64,000 bases of DNA from assembly GCF_009914755.1 (NCBI RefSeq), contig NC_060947.1; one strand, given 5' to 3'. A program made the position numbers and the translations under genes. The first letter of the stretch is position 1. Every line of letters starts with the position of its first letter. The notes beneath the pieces were generated by a model. The model was not told the origin of the DNA. It saw only the letters and a program-made list of their open reading frames with translations, and did no database searches. Shown here in pieces: positions 12,440 to 27,383 of this stretch. Source of the stretch: the human T2T-CHM13v2.0 reference genome, Homo sapiens.

Positions 12440-13420
12440 GACATCATGGAAAGAGGGAGAGCTTGGACACAGACAGACCCAGGTTTGAAAACCAGACCTA
12501 ACACCACTAAGCTGTGTGACCTTGTGCAACCTACAAAACCTCTCTGAACCTGTTTTATCATCTGTAAAATGAAAGTCATAATCATGACCTCTCAGGAGTG
12601 TTGCAGGAAAGGAAATCATTCTCAAGAAGTGCCTGGCACATGGTAGCTATTTTCTTTTTAAAGGAGGGAGCTAGAGGTGGTAGAAAATAGCCTGGGCTTT
12701 GTCGTCTAAGTAAGTCTGGATTGGAACCTGCTTAACCACTCACTGTGTGGCCTTGAGCCAAGGTAGTGAATTCTGAACCTCAATCTCTTCATCTCTCAAA
12801 AGGGCTATTAATATGTACCTTTCAGGATTGCCATGAGGAGTAGATCTATTTTACATAAAGCTGCCAGTACATAGTAGGTGCTTAACAAATGGTATCCATG
12901 ATCATCTCTTAAGAAAGGAGATGGGGAAACTGAGGTACAGAATGACCTGCTCAGATAATGAAAGAGTGATGGAGTCTTGGCTGCCTTCCATGTGGACCAT
13001 GAGCCATGCCGAGGCACCACACAGAGCAACATTAACCATGCGTAGTCCCCACCCAGCAGCCTTCAAGCTTCTAGGTGATTGAAATTCAACTTGACCTCTG
13101 ACTAGCTGCAGCACACAGGATGGGAGAGGGCCTGAAAGCTAATTTTGTTCTGTTTCCTGGACTCCCAGTCCAGTGCTCCCCTCAAACCTTCACAAGGTGG
13201 CATAGCCAGGTGATTGAATACTGCAAAGCCACACCACCATGCCCTCCAATCTTGATGCTACCACTTGGGGCTATGTGACCACTGGTCCTGGCTTGGCCTC
13301 TCTGTGTCTCAGTAATGGGAATGATAAACAGTGCCTATCTCAAAGGTTTGTTGTGCCTGTGAGATGGTGCCGGGCACATACAAAGTCCCCAATCAATGTT
13401 AGCTACGATTATTATTAGCT
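12440..13420 (+). mobile_element. Cluster of MIR copies (about 12440-12650, 12680-12900 and 13190-13420)
   Basis: gctgtgtgaccttgtgcaac...catctgtaaaatg, gtgcctggcacatggtag, gtacatagtaggtgcttaacaaatg, aatgttagctacgattattatt. Confidence 0.75.
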
Positions 13421-14940
13421 CTTTGCCACATAGAGCTTTGATCTCTCAAAGACCCATTAATCGCTCAGCCCCTTCTTCAAGGGATTAAAAAAAAAAACAG
13501 CAAATGAAATTCTACATGAAATCATCGCTGTAATGTTTCTGCTGCCAGGACAAATCATTAGGGTGGAGGTGGGAGGGGGGGACATGGCAGTGATACCACT
13601 GGCCAGAAAGAAGAAGGGACATTAATATAGCAGCTTCCTATCTAATGGCTGGGGAAGAGGGAGGGGGAGGGGGGGATTGCTGAAGGGAGAGGTTGCCGGC
13701 TGACTCTGCTGTCGGGGAAGAAGGGTCTGTCAATCAGGGCCCCCCAGGAGGTGAAGGGGTCCCTGTGCCCAGCGAGGAGAGGCACAGAGCCCAAGTGAGC
13801 TCTGGGAGAAGGTAGCCCCATGGACCCCTGTGAGGCCTGGGTCCTGGCCCAGCAGCCCTCCCTGAAGGAACCCCCAAATGTGGGCAGTGTCCAGCCAGTC
13901 TCCGGCTCAGATGCATTTAAGAGCAGGAGGCTTCTCAGGCTTAAGGAACCTGAACCTGCCTCTATTCTCCACAGCACAGTGGCCCGAAGCACTTCGCTAT
14001 CCACGAGGCTGGCCCCAAGAGACAGCAGACCAGGGTTCGAGCTACCTCTCTGCCTCCCCCAACCTCCCCCGCCCTTTTCTGGCATGAATTTCCTCCACTG
14101 AAAAGCGAGGGGTTTGGCTGAGGTTGTGGTTTTGAAAGCTGTGTTGAGGGGACCCAAGGATGGGCCGGGGCCTGGTAGCGGCCAAGATTGGGTGTGGGTC
14201 TCCACCCTGCCCCTCCCAGAGCCAGCTCACAGCCCACCTTCAGCCCATTTGACAACTATGGCTACAGATGAACATGATTTTGATTAGCAAAAGGGGTTCT
14301 GCTACTTCAAAATCAAGAATGTAGAAAGCCCCTGAGTAGAGGGTCTCTAGCCACTCCTCCCCTGCCAATGTTGCCTGTCTTAGGAAGCACCAAGGACAGG
14401 CGGGGAAGCTGGCTTGGCCCTGGCTCTGGATCAAGAATAGAGCGCTGTGTCCAGAGGCCTTGCTGAATCTCCTTCCTGAGCAGCCGCCTGGCCCACGCGT
14501 CACAGTTTATCCTCCGGCAAGGGCTGGCTGGACACAATGCCTTGGCCCCGGGCCCACCTTCAGGAGCCAAACCCAACAGTCTCCTCAGCTTCCTGGCTTG
14601 TGCCAGCACACTGTTTGGCAAGAGAGGAGGTGACCAGCAGGCAGAAGGAGCTCCGGCACACCAGAAGGGTGTCTCGCTGGTCCCCAAGGGGCAGCTGGGA
14701 GTTGCTTTCTGAGCTCAGGCCTGGAGCATCTCAATGGGCAACATGTCCCACGGGGCTGGGTGGGTGGCAGACAGTGTGTGACGCAGGGCCTGCCAGAGCC
14801 CAGGACTTACCTTTAGGAGGTGGTGTGAACAACTGCACCCCCCACCCACTCTCTGAGCCTCCAATTCTAAATTCAGTCTTGGAGTCCCTGACCAGAAAGC
14901 AGGAACTCCTGGTTGAGTCACAGGGGTATATCACAGATGG

Positions 14941-15226
14941 TTTTCTTTTTCTTTCTTTTTTGAGTCAGGATCTCGCCCTGTCAGGCTGGAGTGCAATGAC
15001 ACAATCCGGCTCACTGCTGCCTCAAAGTCCTGGCCTCAAGCAACCTTCCCACCTCAGCCTCCCGAGTAGCTGAGACCATAAGCGCTCATTTCTTATTTTG
15101 TTTTTGGTAGAGACGGGATCTCACTATGTTGCCCAGGCTGGTCTGGAACTCCTGACCTCAAACGATTCACCCGTCTTGGCCTCCCAAAGTCCTGGGATGA
15201 CAGGTGTGAACCACTGCACCCAGCCA
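14941..15226 (-). mobile_element. AluJ
   Basis: polyT, caggctggagtgcaatg, ctcccaaagtcctggga; diverged. Confidence 0.9.
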
Positions 15227-15657
15227 CAGATGTTTTCTCGCAGCACACTTTGTCACGGCTGAGGAAGAGTGTTCGCATGTTAGGCTTGCCAAAGCTAAGA
15301 ATAGGGATAGGATTTCCTTGAAGTAGGAAAAGCGCCCCAGAAAGGACAGCCAGGAAGCCCATGGTTTGCTATACATTTTAACTGGGGTGCCCATCTGTGC
15401 CCTTTAGGGTAGGAGTCAAAGCCCCTCAACCCTGCATCCAGCCTTTCCCCACCACATGAACCACTGGGCCTCTCTGTGCCTCTGTGCCTATGCACATGCT
15501 ATTTGCTGAGTGGAATGAACTCCCCCTCCCTCACCTACCTCCAGCCTTGTCTGCCTGGCAGGCTCCTACTCACCCTTCAAAACCCAGTTTCCCTTCTGTA
15601 AGGCCACCTTTTATTCCCTCCAGAGATTCTCACCCTCTCCTCTGTCTCCCTACAGTG

Positions 15658-15661
<4 letters not shown>

Positions 15662-15708
<47 letters not shown>
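15662..15708. repeat. (AC)23 microsatellite
   Basis: directly visible. Confidence 0.97.
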
Positions 15709-15710
<2 letters not shown>

Positions 15711-15894
15711 TAAAGATAATAATTGCCACACAGTAGCTTGTGACAATTATCAGCTTTATTGGAAGAATTTGTTTTGGACTGTGTGGCTGGACTGTGAGCT
15801 CTTTACCATGTGTTTTTGTATGCACCGATACTTGCATGATTTGTATGTATTTTTGTCCTACCTACTTACAACAAATATCGGAGAGTGCATCAGG

Positions 15895-16105
15895 AAAAAT
15901 AATAACCAGCATTTATCAGCAGCCCAGCATGTGCACAGCATCCAACAGACATTTCCCACAACACCCCTGCAGTGTGGGTACTATTACCCCATTTCACCAA
16001 GAGGGAAACTAAGGCTCAGGAAGGTTAGGTATCCTGCTGAGGTCACACAACCAGTAAAGCTAAGCCAGGACATGATCATTGTTCTTTTAGATTCCAAAGC
16101 CCAGT
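15895..16105 (-). mobile_element. MIR SINE
   Basis: aataataaccagcatttatc...ctattaccccatttc...gaaactaaggctcaggaaggttagg...ggtcacaca. Confidence 0.8.
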
Positions 16106-16259
16106 ATTTTTTGTTTTCTTGTCCTGCTGTAAGGCCTTCCCTATTTCTAGCCCCAGGGCCTGCCAACAGATGCACTATCCATGCTCAAGAAGTAGATGAA
16201 CCAGGTGAGAGCCAGACAGTGTGACCACCAACCGTCTGATATTGAGCGCCAGTGGGTGG

Positions 16260-16400
16260 CCCTTGCTTGAAGTGTGGTCCTCAGACCAGCAGTATAACCA
16301 TCACTTGGGAGCTTGTATGGAATCTCAGGTCCCACTGAGACCTACTGAATTAAAATCAGCATTTTTAACAAGATCTCCAGGGCATTCGCGTGCATGTTAA
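16260..16400. mobile_element. MER5A/B hAT-Charlie MITE
   Basis: aagtgtggtcctcagaccagcag...atcacttgggagcttgt...gcatttttaacaagatctccagg. Confidence 0.8.
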
Positions 16401-16659
16401 CTTCTCTATTTTACATCCCTGTTTCCATGAAGACAAACAAGAAGTTTCTGGTAGAAAGAGCTGGCAGAGTTGATGGAACAGGTCGCTTTTTAAAAAACAC
16501 TTCCAAAGCTTTTCACCACACAGGTTGAAAGTGAAAATTTCCTTCCTTGTTCCACTTTGATTTTGCTAATTTCTTAGAACGTAAAAGGTATCAAAAGATA
16601 TTTAACTACGTATGTTTTCCTTTCTCCGATATGTTCAGCCTTAGGAATGAAAAGTTGAT

Positions 16660-17207
16660 GTTATGGAAAACCATTTGGCCTTTTCGACTAAAGCTGAACA
16701 TAAGCATACCCTTAGCTCTACTTCACAGAAAGGAGTTGCCGGGATCCACCAAAAGGCATGTACTAGAATGTCCATAGCAAAGCTAACCCTACCCGAAAGC
16801 CCATTGGCAGCAGTGGGTAAATAAATGGTGGAATTGTCACACATGGAATACTACACAGCAATGAGAAGGAACAAACTACAACTACACTCCACAAGTCGGA
16901 TAAATTTCACCATGATAATGTTGAACAAAAGAAGCCAGACCCAAAAGAAGACAAACTGTATGATTCCATTTACATAAGATTCAAAGATAGACAAAACTAC
17001 TCTCTGTGTAAGGTGGGGACACCTCCCTTGAGGAAGCAGCAACTGGGAGATGACATGAAGGGGACTTCCTTGGGGGTTGTTGATGTTCTGTGTCTCTACC
17101 TGGGTGTTCTTATACACGGGTGCTCTTAGCTTGTAAGAATGTATCAAGCTGTACGCTCAGGCTTCTCTGAATGTAGGTTATACTTCAATAAAAGGTTAAA
17201 AAAAAAA
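16660..17207 (+). mobile_element. Old L1M (L1MC/MD/ME-like) 3' end with aataaa and A-tail
   Basis: ggaatactacacagcaatgagaaggaac, aagaagccagacccaaaagaag, tgtatgattccatttacata, tatacttcaataaaaggttaaaaaaaaaa. Confidence 0.85.
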
Positions 17208-17589
17208 GCTAATGTTGCCTAATGGCCTAAATTCTATGAATATGCAATAAACTTGCAGCATAAGAATTTTGTCCTGCAATTTGCTGCTGACTCCAAGTTC
17301 TGGAGGTGTCAGGGTAACAAAGCACCCCAGGGTGAGCATTTGACAGGAAGCATTAGCTGCCCCCCAGGAGCCTCAAATACCTGATGGGTTTTCTCCTGCT
17401 TAAAATTAAAAACCTGCCCGCAAAGATGCCGAGGAAGGGAGAATGCATCCACAACCCTCATTTTGCAATGTTATTAACTGTGGGCGTTGAGCGCAGTGGG
17501 TAGTGGATTCCTCTGCAACTGCTGGCTAGACACCAGGTTTCTGTTCCTAGGGGGTGAGGCCGGTGACTTCTTTATCTCTACATGCCCAC

Positions 17590-17595
<6 letters not shown>

Positions 17596-17648
<53 letters not shown>
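17596..17648. repeat. (AC)26 microsatellite
   Basis: directly visible. Confidence 0.97.
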
Positions 17649-17649
<1 letters not shown>

Positions 17650-17749
17650 CCTTACCCACAAAGGCATGAAGATGTCTGTTGCTTAATAAATGGTTTCCTA
17701 AGGACCACAGCATTTTGGCACTAGAAAAAGTAATAATATCTCGCTTTAA

Positions 17750-17970
17750 TTTTGCAGGTGCCGTGTGCCTAGCCATATGAAGCGCTTCATACACATTGTC
17801 TCATCGATGCCACACAACTACCCTGTGAGGGAAGGGCCAAAGTTATTCCCATTACAGATAAGGCTTGGAGGAGGTAAGACAGTAGCTTGCCAGAGGTCAC
17901 ACCATGACCCATGGCAGAGCTGGGATCCTACCCAGGCAGGGCGTTTGATCCAGAGCCTGCTTTGCCTCTA
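17750..17970 (-). mobile_element. MIR SINE
   Basis: aagcgcttcatacacattgtctcat...caactaccctgtgagg...cccattacagataagg...ggtcacac. Confidence 0.75.
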
Positions 17971-18032
17971 GGCTTCACAGCCTTGGAAGCGATGCCATCT
18001 AAGATCCCATCTTTGCAAATAGGGCCACTGGC

Positions 18033-18224
18033 CATGACTGCCGAATTTAGCAAATAAAAATACAGGCCACGCAGTTCAAATTGAATTTCAGATAAGCAAT
18101 ACATCCTTTTTAGCATAAGTATGTCCCATGCAATATTTGGGACACATTTATACTAAAAATTATTCATTTGTTGATCTGAAATCCAACTTGAACTGGGTGG
18201 CCTGTATTTTATCTGGTGCCCCTA
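18033..18224. mobile_element. MER53 palindromic hAT MITE, full length, with 8-bp TSD
   Basis: atttagcaaataaaaatacagg...ttgaatttcagata...tagcataagtatgtcccatgcaatatttgggacac...atctgaaat...cctgtattttatctgg matches MER53; flanked by ccactggc (18025-18032) and ccactggg (18225-18232). Confidence 0.88.
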
Positions 18225-18829
18225 CCACTGGGGCCCACAGAAGTCAAGTGACATACAAAGTGACATTGGCAGTTTGTCAGAGTTGGAGGTCTGGGCCCAG
18301 GGCCCCGGGCCCCTGCCTCTTCCTCTGATGCTTTTTCAGCCAGCCGGCTGCAACTCCTCCCCAAACCTCCTCCCACTCTGTGTGTTTACAACCAAACCCC
18401 TCACTTTCCCCAAACCAGCAGCCTTCCCAAGTTTTGGTGGCTGCCAATGTCACCACATCACGTGACCAACTGCCATCATTCCCCTCTCTGAAGTCCTCTG
18501 GCCCTTTCTGTCCACCAGCAGGTGACCTACAAGGTGCCTTGGGGACACTGGCTGACTTTAGAACTGGTAAGTCTTCTCGCCCCAATAAGCTTGCAAACTC
18601 CATAAGGGCAGGGACCGCATGTCATATGTCTGGTATGCTACTAAGCCAGGCTTGCCATGCTAAGACCACCCCCCACAATGTCCACAAGTTCAGCCCAGTT
18701 CTAGGCTGTGGGGGGCATGAACCCTTCCTCAGGGGAAACCCAGGGGCTCCTGAATTCATGGCATGGTGACAGCTTTGCCACGGCGTCCTCTTCCACTGGG
18801 AACTCTGGTCTCAGCCACTAGGTGCTCCA

Positions 18830-19300
18830 TTCATCTCTCACTGCACAATAAGCTACCTCTAAATTTAGATGCTTAAGCCAATGACAACCATTGATATTGC
18901 TCATGATGCTGCATTTTGGGCAGGCGTGGATGGGGACTAGAGGATTCACCTCCCAGATGGCTCACAGACAGCTGGCAAGTTGGAGCTGGTGGTTAACTGC
19001 GAGCTCAGCCAAAGCTGAAAACCAGGGGCCTCGGCTGCACTGCATGTAGCCATGGCTTCCTCACAGCATGGCAGCAGGGTCCCAAGGGTGAGTACCCCAA
19101 GGGAGAACCAGGTGAAAGCTGAATCACCTTTTATGGTCCAGTCTCAGGAGTCACATAGTGTCACTTCTGTCATACGCTTCTAGGTGAAGCAGTCACAAAG
19201 ACCCACACAGTTTCAAGGGGAGGAGCAGAGAATTTACCTCTTGATAGCAGAGTGTTAACTTTCTGGAAAAGCACATGATACTGGAAATATTACTGTGGCT
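18830..19300 (-). mobile_element. MLT1 (H/J-like) LTR
   Basis: ggactagaggattcacctcccagatggctcac...ggcttcctcacagcatggcag...gtcacatagtgtcacttctg. Confidence 0.7.
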
Positions 19301-19356
19301 TTGCAGGGCTTGTTATTTGGGACCACACCCACAGCTTCCAACCAAGGCCAAAGTAA

Positions 19357-19852
<496 letters not shown>

Positions 19853-20126
19853 AGGAATGTAGTTTTAAAAAAATCTTAGAGAAGAAGCATCCAAGACATT
19901 AACAGTGATTATGTCTGGGAAAGGGACTTGGATTAGGGGCCACCAGGAGAAACAAAGAGGGCTGTGGCTTTATTCACATAGCTCGAGTACTTTACAGTGG
20001 AAATATACTCATGTGTTAGGTGGATAATTAAAAATAGAAGGAAAAAATAAGAAAGGGAGGGAAGAAAGAAAGATACAATGGTTTCCAGTTGTTAGAATAA
20101 AAAAGCAAAATCCTTAATATGGCCCA

Positions 20127-20623
20127 TGTGGTAGATTGGATTACTATGCCCAACTTTGCCCTCTACCTAAGATGGAATCACTCGCACACCCTTTGCTATC
20201 TGACTGTATGTCTCCTAGCAGACAGGGTAGAAGCTATTTTCTTGTCCCACTGGCTTAGGGGTTGGCCTTATGACTGGCTTTGACCAGTGGAATGTGGACA
20301 GAGATAACTGTGTGCTGGCTCCAAACCTTGGCCTTAAGAGATTGTTTCCAATTGCCCTCTTGCGTTTACCTTAGCCAGGAGAAGAGCTCCCCGCAGGTAG
20401 CTGTTTCTCCTTCAGCCTGGGTCTCAGAATGACAGAAATGTGGTGCTATCCTTAGCCCATCCCAAAGTCAGGGGCCTAGCCTTGGTTTATAGAGCTATAG
20501 CTGAGCCCTGAACTACCGGCAATAGAAAGACCTATGAGGAAGAAATAAACGCTTGTTGCAAACAACTGAGGTTTGGGAGCTGTTTGTTAAGCAACATTAT
20601 CCCAGCAGAAACCTGACTACTGC
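20127..20623 (+). mobile_element. MLT1 (I/J-like) LTR
   Basis: tgtggtagattg...ggctttgaccagtggaatgtgg...aaataaacgcttgttg...tttgttaagcaac. Confidence 0.7.
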
Positions 20624-21045
20624 AGCCTCTAAGACCCTGGGTGATCTGGCCCTTGACGACAATTCCAGCCCCATCTCTCTTCACACTGCTGTTTTGTTCA
20701 TCAAATTCTAGCCCCAGTGGCCAGTTTTAGTGTCTCAAAAGTTTATAGCTTTCCCACAAGGGATTCATTCTAAGTGGACTACTTTTTACCTTGATTTCGG
20801 CAAACTCCTACTCAAAATTCATCTCAGGAAAACTTCATCTGAACATTCACAACCTGTCATCTAGGTTAGTTTCCTCCTAGTTTGACTTTCTGATAATATC
20901 TTGTTCACCCTTCATACTGTTACTCTTCCTTAACGCAATAGATAATTTACATGTAATTTTTGGATTTCTGTCTCCTCCCTCCCTAAACTGTGACCTACAT
21001 GAAGGCAGGGACCACCATGCTTATTTTGTTCATCAGTATGTTCTC

Positions 21046-21656
<611 letters not shown>

Positions 21657-22424
21657 GGTCTCAGCAGTGGCAGTGCCTAGGACATAGTGATTTGCCGAAT
21701 AAATGAAGATGGCTGAGTATTTCCTATCCTGCTACAGGACTCAGAGGATAGCTTCTTTCCCAGTAGGGGCAAGGCTGCAACAAAGGAAGTGGGATTTCAT
21801 CTGAACCCTACGGTATGGGTAGAATCTAATACAACCAAAGCCATGGCCACAGGAAGCTCCATGACTCCAGGGAGTGGTTAGGGATGGAGCAGCTGGGCTA
21901 GACTAGAGGGTCAATACCAAGGTCAGGGATGTACAGGGGCCTTCCCTGGCCAGGTGTGGAGCTCCAACTCTCTCCAGCAGCCAGTGGACAGCCATGGATG
22001 GGTTTTCAGCGAAGACAGGAAGTGATAAAGGGTCAGAAGTCTCTTCTGGAAGACACTAGTGGCAAGGAGGCCAGTAGACTGGGTGTGAAGTCAGGGGACA
22101 TAGGGGATAAGAGGAAAAAAAAATAAAAATAAAAATAAAAACACTAAGCAAAGACCAGTTATGGCTGAAGGGCAACACAGAGTTGCACTCCCACTAAAGG
22201 AGCTCTGTAAATATTTGCTGTGAATGACCCTGAATGACCTGGGGGGCAATGGTATGACTGCTAAGAGATGCGGGAAGACAGGAGAATGAGCTAGTTTGTT
22301 GGGGAAGAGAGTAAGTGTAATTTTATACATGTCAAGTTTGATGTGAACACAGGTTGTCCAGGAGGCAATTTGGAGATGGATATCGGAATTTGGGAGAACA
22401 GCTGGAGAAATTTAGGGAAACCCA

Positions 22425-22840
22425 AACTAGGGTTTCAGAAGCAGACTCTAAGACAAGGACTTGTGTGCTAGTGTTTTATGGGGAGGTGATCTCCTGAAAC
22501 ACTGATAGGAGAGTGAGGAGGTGAGACAGGGAAAAGAAGGAAGTCAATAAAGGGGGAGTTTGCAAGCAAATTAACACTAGGGGCAACTGGAGCTTAAGCC
22601 AGCTGGGGAGCTCTAGGAGACAGCACAGAACACACATGTCAGCATTAGCCCACCTGAGGGGCAGGGTGCTGGGATACTTACCAGCTCACTCCTATCAGTC
22701 CTTGCTTGGGGACTCTTCCTGGAAACCACTTATTCCTTGGCACTTGTAGGTTGCCATGCACACAAAAAGAAAGGGATCTGGTGGCCAAAGAAAGCCTTCA
22801 AGCAAGGAGAAGCAGGTTGCAGCAGCTTGAAATGGGTAGC
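22425..22840 (-). mobile_element. ERVL LTR (LTR16/LTR33-like)
   Basis: agggtttcagaagcagactctaagacaaggacttg...gtgagacagggaa...aataaaggg...ggcaactgg. Confidence 0.65.
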
Positions 22841-22932
22841 TGTGCATGGAAATCAAATGGAAATGGTTATATTGCTATCCCAGTTATGTGTCAGGCACAC
22901 CCCTAGATACTTACAAGTATTATCATGTTCCA

Positions 22933-23070
22933 GCAGGGCGTGATGGCACACACTTGTCATCCCAGCTACTAGGAAGGCCGAGGCAAGAGGATCACTTGAG
23001 CCCAGGGGTTTGAGGCCAACCTGGGCAACAGAGCAAGACCTCGTCTCAAAAAAAAAGAAAAGAAAAAAAA
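22933..23070 (+). mobile_element. Free Alu monomer (FLAM) with 18-bp TSD
   Basis: single monomer plus A-tail; aagtattatcatgttcca at 22915-22932 and 23071-23088. Confidence 0.9.
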
Positions 23071-23101
23071 AAGTATTATCATGTTCCAACCTCAGAAGAG
23101 C

Positions 23102-23465
<364 letters not shown>

Positions 23466-25348
23466 TGAGACTCACTTTGCCAGAGGTACCAGCCAAGAAG
23501 AGATGGGATCATGGTGTCTGCAGGGCATTAGTAGCACTCAGAAACTTCCAGCCCCAAGAGCCCACTGTAGCAAAGGGAAATGAAGAGAGAGAGAATTCTT
23601 GGAAGAGCCATACTGATGATGACCACAGGAATAACTTGTCACAAAAGACGAAGTGAGAAAAAGACATGGAAAACCACATGATTGTAAGTCAGCAGGACTG
23701 AGTGATAGTAATTCTAAGATTCTGAGGGAAATAAAACATTTACATGGCACCGACGTGGACAGATGAGAAATCTACTCAGTAGTGTCTGATCGTGAGGATG
23801 AGAATATCCCCCCGAGGGAGTTCACTTTGGGGGTTCGCCTAGGGACTGCCCCACTGAATGCCAACCTGCACAGTTTATCTCACTCCTGGAAAGACCAGAG
23901 AAATACTGAAGGGCCAGGCATTGCAAATGGAACACCAGGCTTTCTCAGCCACATCAAAGCCAAAAAATAAAAGAAATTAATTTATTGATGCTGCGTGAAG
24001 GCAAAGAGTTGGTTTTGAAGAATTGTAACAAATGGCTGGGAAAATGTTAACCAAAAAAAAAAAAATGGAAAGCTCAGTTAATACTAAACAAATTATTAAT
24101 CATTAGCAATAGTTGGGAAACAGGCCTGTGCAGGCAGATGAAATGAAATGGGGGCACAAAGGCTATAGAACAGGTAGATGATCAACTATCTTCAAGCATG
24201 TGGGAGGTTATTAGTTATTTTCTTGTAACTTGACGATTATTACCAAGACAGTGTGGGGAGAAGGAAGTGAAGAGGGAAGGGCAAGTATATCAGAATCACT
24301 TGGGAGCTTTCTCAAAAGGCAAGTGGCCCATGCTACCTTGAACTTTAGCAAATCTTTCAGAATGTCTACCTCATGCTCTCTCTGGTATCTGAAGTCTGTT
24401 GTCCCATAGTCTTGCCAAAGCTGCCATTTTCATGTCCTGAGAGTGGGCCTCACCACGTCTCCCCCTTCTGCTGGCTTCCCTACGAAGCAAAGAGCTCATG
24501 GAGGGTTCTTCCTCCCCCGTGGTACCTCTGACCATCACCCAGGCGAGACGGTTGAGCCCCTGAGAATGAGAACCTGGGCAGCCTCATCTGTCCTTGCCCC
24601 TCCTGCCCAGGCACAGTGCCCAGCACACAATCAGACTCCTGGCTGTAGAATGCATGATGCAGGCACAGCCCCACCTCCAAATGGAATAACCTTTCCCAGG
24701 CATTTCCTCAATACCAGGTAGGTTACTGAAGGGCCCATGGCCTCTCTGTAGGTGGAAATGGTGAAAGGAAAAATACCCACTCAGGGGCTTCAGGAGATTG
24801 GGCCAATGACCTCTTGAGAAAAATGTTAATCCTCTCAGCCACAAGAAGCAGCAGCAGTGAGCTAGAGTCAGTCTACACTGTCACAGGGCTGCCTGGGCTG
24901 CTGAGTGTCCCATGAGGATCATGGCTGTCATAGCTATATGGCTTTCGTGGCTATCGTGGCTGCTGTGGCAAGCCCAGGCTCCCCCAGGAAGAGCTGCCTA
25001 GGAAGATCCCAACCAGACAGCCCTTGTCCTGGACCCTGGGTGATTTATGGCCACGTCCATACACACACACTCGCTCATCCTGTCCACAGACTGAATCTAG
25101 GCTAAGGCCCATAAAATAGGCAACAGCTATTGGCAAATTCATTAATTAGGATTCTGTTTGTACTTTTATTGTGAAGGAAAATCATTTGTCAGCTTAAAGT
25201 CAGACCCAGTGCCTGATGAGAAGTGTTATTCTAAGAACGTATCGACTGATGGCTCTTCACGGCACTCCCTCTCTCCCATCTCTGCTGTCACACCCCACCC
25301 CCACCAGAGTCAGAGAAAGCCCCCTGTCCCTCCACTTTAATCAAGATC

Positions 25349-25900
25349 TGTGTGGTGGATTTTGTGAGTTGCCTTCCCAGTAAGCCTGCCTCCATCCCTT
25401 CTTCCCTGCCAACCTCATCCTGATTTTGTTCAGGGAAAGGGCAGTTGTATGCATCAAGGGCGACTGACCCCTCCAGCCCCAGAGAGTAGAGTTTGATGAG
25501 TCAAAGCCAATCCTGGCAACTCCATTTCCTTTCCCAATGACACAATTCTGCCCAAAGAGGTGTGAGAAGAAGTCGGCTAGAGCTCTTTGAAAAGAACTTG
25601 AGGAAGAAGTGTTCTTTCCTCAAGCCTTTGGACTTGTGCTGGAATGTGACACCTGGAGCCAATGAAGCCATCTTGTAAACAAGAGGCAAGGCAGAGGACC
25701 AAAGCTGACATGCTGAGGATGGTAAAGCAAAAAGTGGGACAAACCTGGGGCTCCAATGACATCAATGAGCACTGAATTCACCAACCGGGAATCATCCTGC
25801 CTCTGGGCTTCTTGATAGGAGAGGATAATAATCTCCCCATTGCCTGCATCATTTGGAGGAGTGGGCTTTTTATTATTAGAACTGAAGTCACTGACTACAG
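25349..25900 (+). mobile_element. MLT1K/L-like LTR
   Basis: tgtggtggattttg...agccatcttg...aaagctgacatgctgaggatgg...cctctgggcttctt. Confidence 0.55.
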
Positions 25901-25933
25901 CTGCGAGCATCCTGCTATATTACAACCAACTAA

Positions 25934-26971
<1,038 letters not shown>

Positions 26972-27093
26972 TCTCTTGTATAAATATCCAGGTCATTATA
27001 GTATACGGAGGCACAATTCACCTATTAAGGACCATAGAGCCAAAGTCATACCGTTTAGGTAGAGATCAGGTCTTCTCTAAATTGTAAAGTCCC

Positions 27094-27383
27094 AGCCAGG
27101 CGTGGTGGCTCATGCCTTTAATCCCAGCACCTTGGAAGGCTGAGGTGGAAGGATCGTCTGGAGGCCAGGAGTTCAAGACCATCCTGGGCAACATAGCAAG
27201 ATCCCCGTCTCTACAAAAAAAAAAAATTATTTAAAATTAGCCAAACATGGTGGTGCATGCCTGTGGTCTTAGCTACTGGGGAAGTGAGGCAAGAGGATCA
27301 CTTGAGCCTAGGAACTTGAGGCTGCAGTGAGCCATGATCGTGCCACTGCACTCCAGCCGTGTGACAGAGTGAGACCCTGTCTC
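27094..27383 (+). mobile_element. AluJ lacking an A-tail
   Basis: ggccaggagttcaagacc, gaggctgcagtgagccatgatcgtgcc. Confidence 0.9.

Noticed and set aside
14537-15073. 178-aa ATG ORF
   Set aside because: No domain similarity and it ends in an Alu; consistent with a chance frame in GC-rich DNA.
15484-16224. 246-aa ORF
   Set aside because: It reads through (AC)23 (THTHTH) and a MIR; no recognisable domain.
18033-18224. Calling this an annotated MIR1302 gene
   Set aside because: The arm in the usual precursor orientation has several mismatches and I cannot verify the locus, so it is kept as a candidate only.
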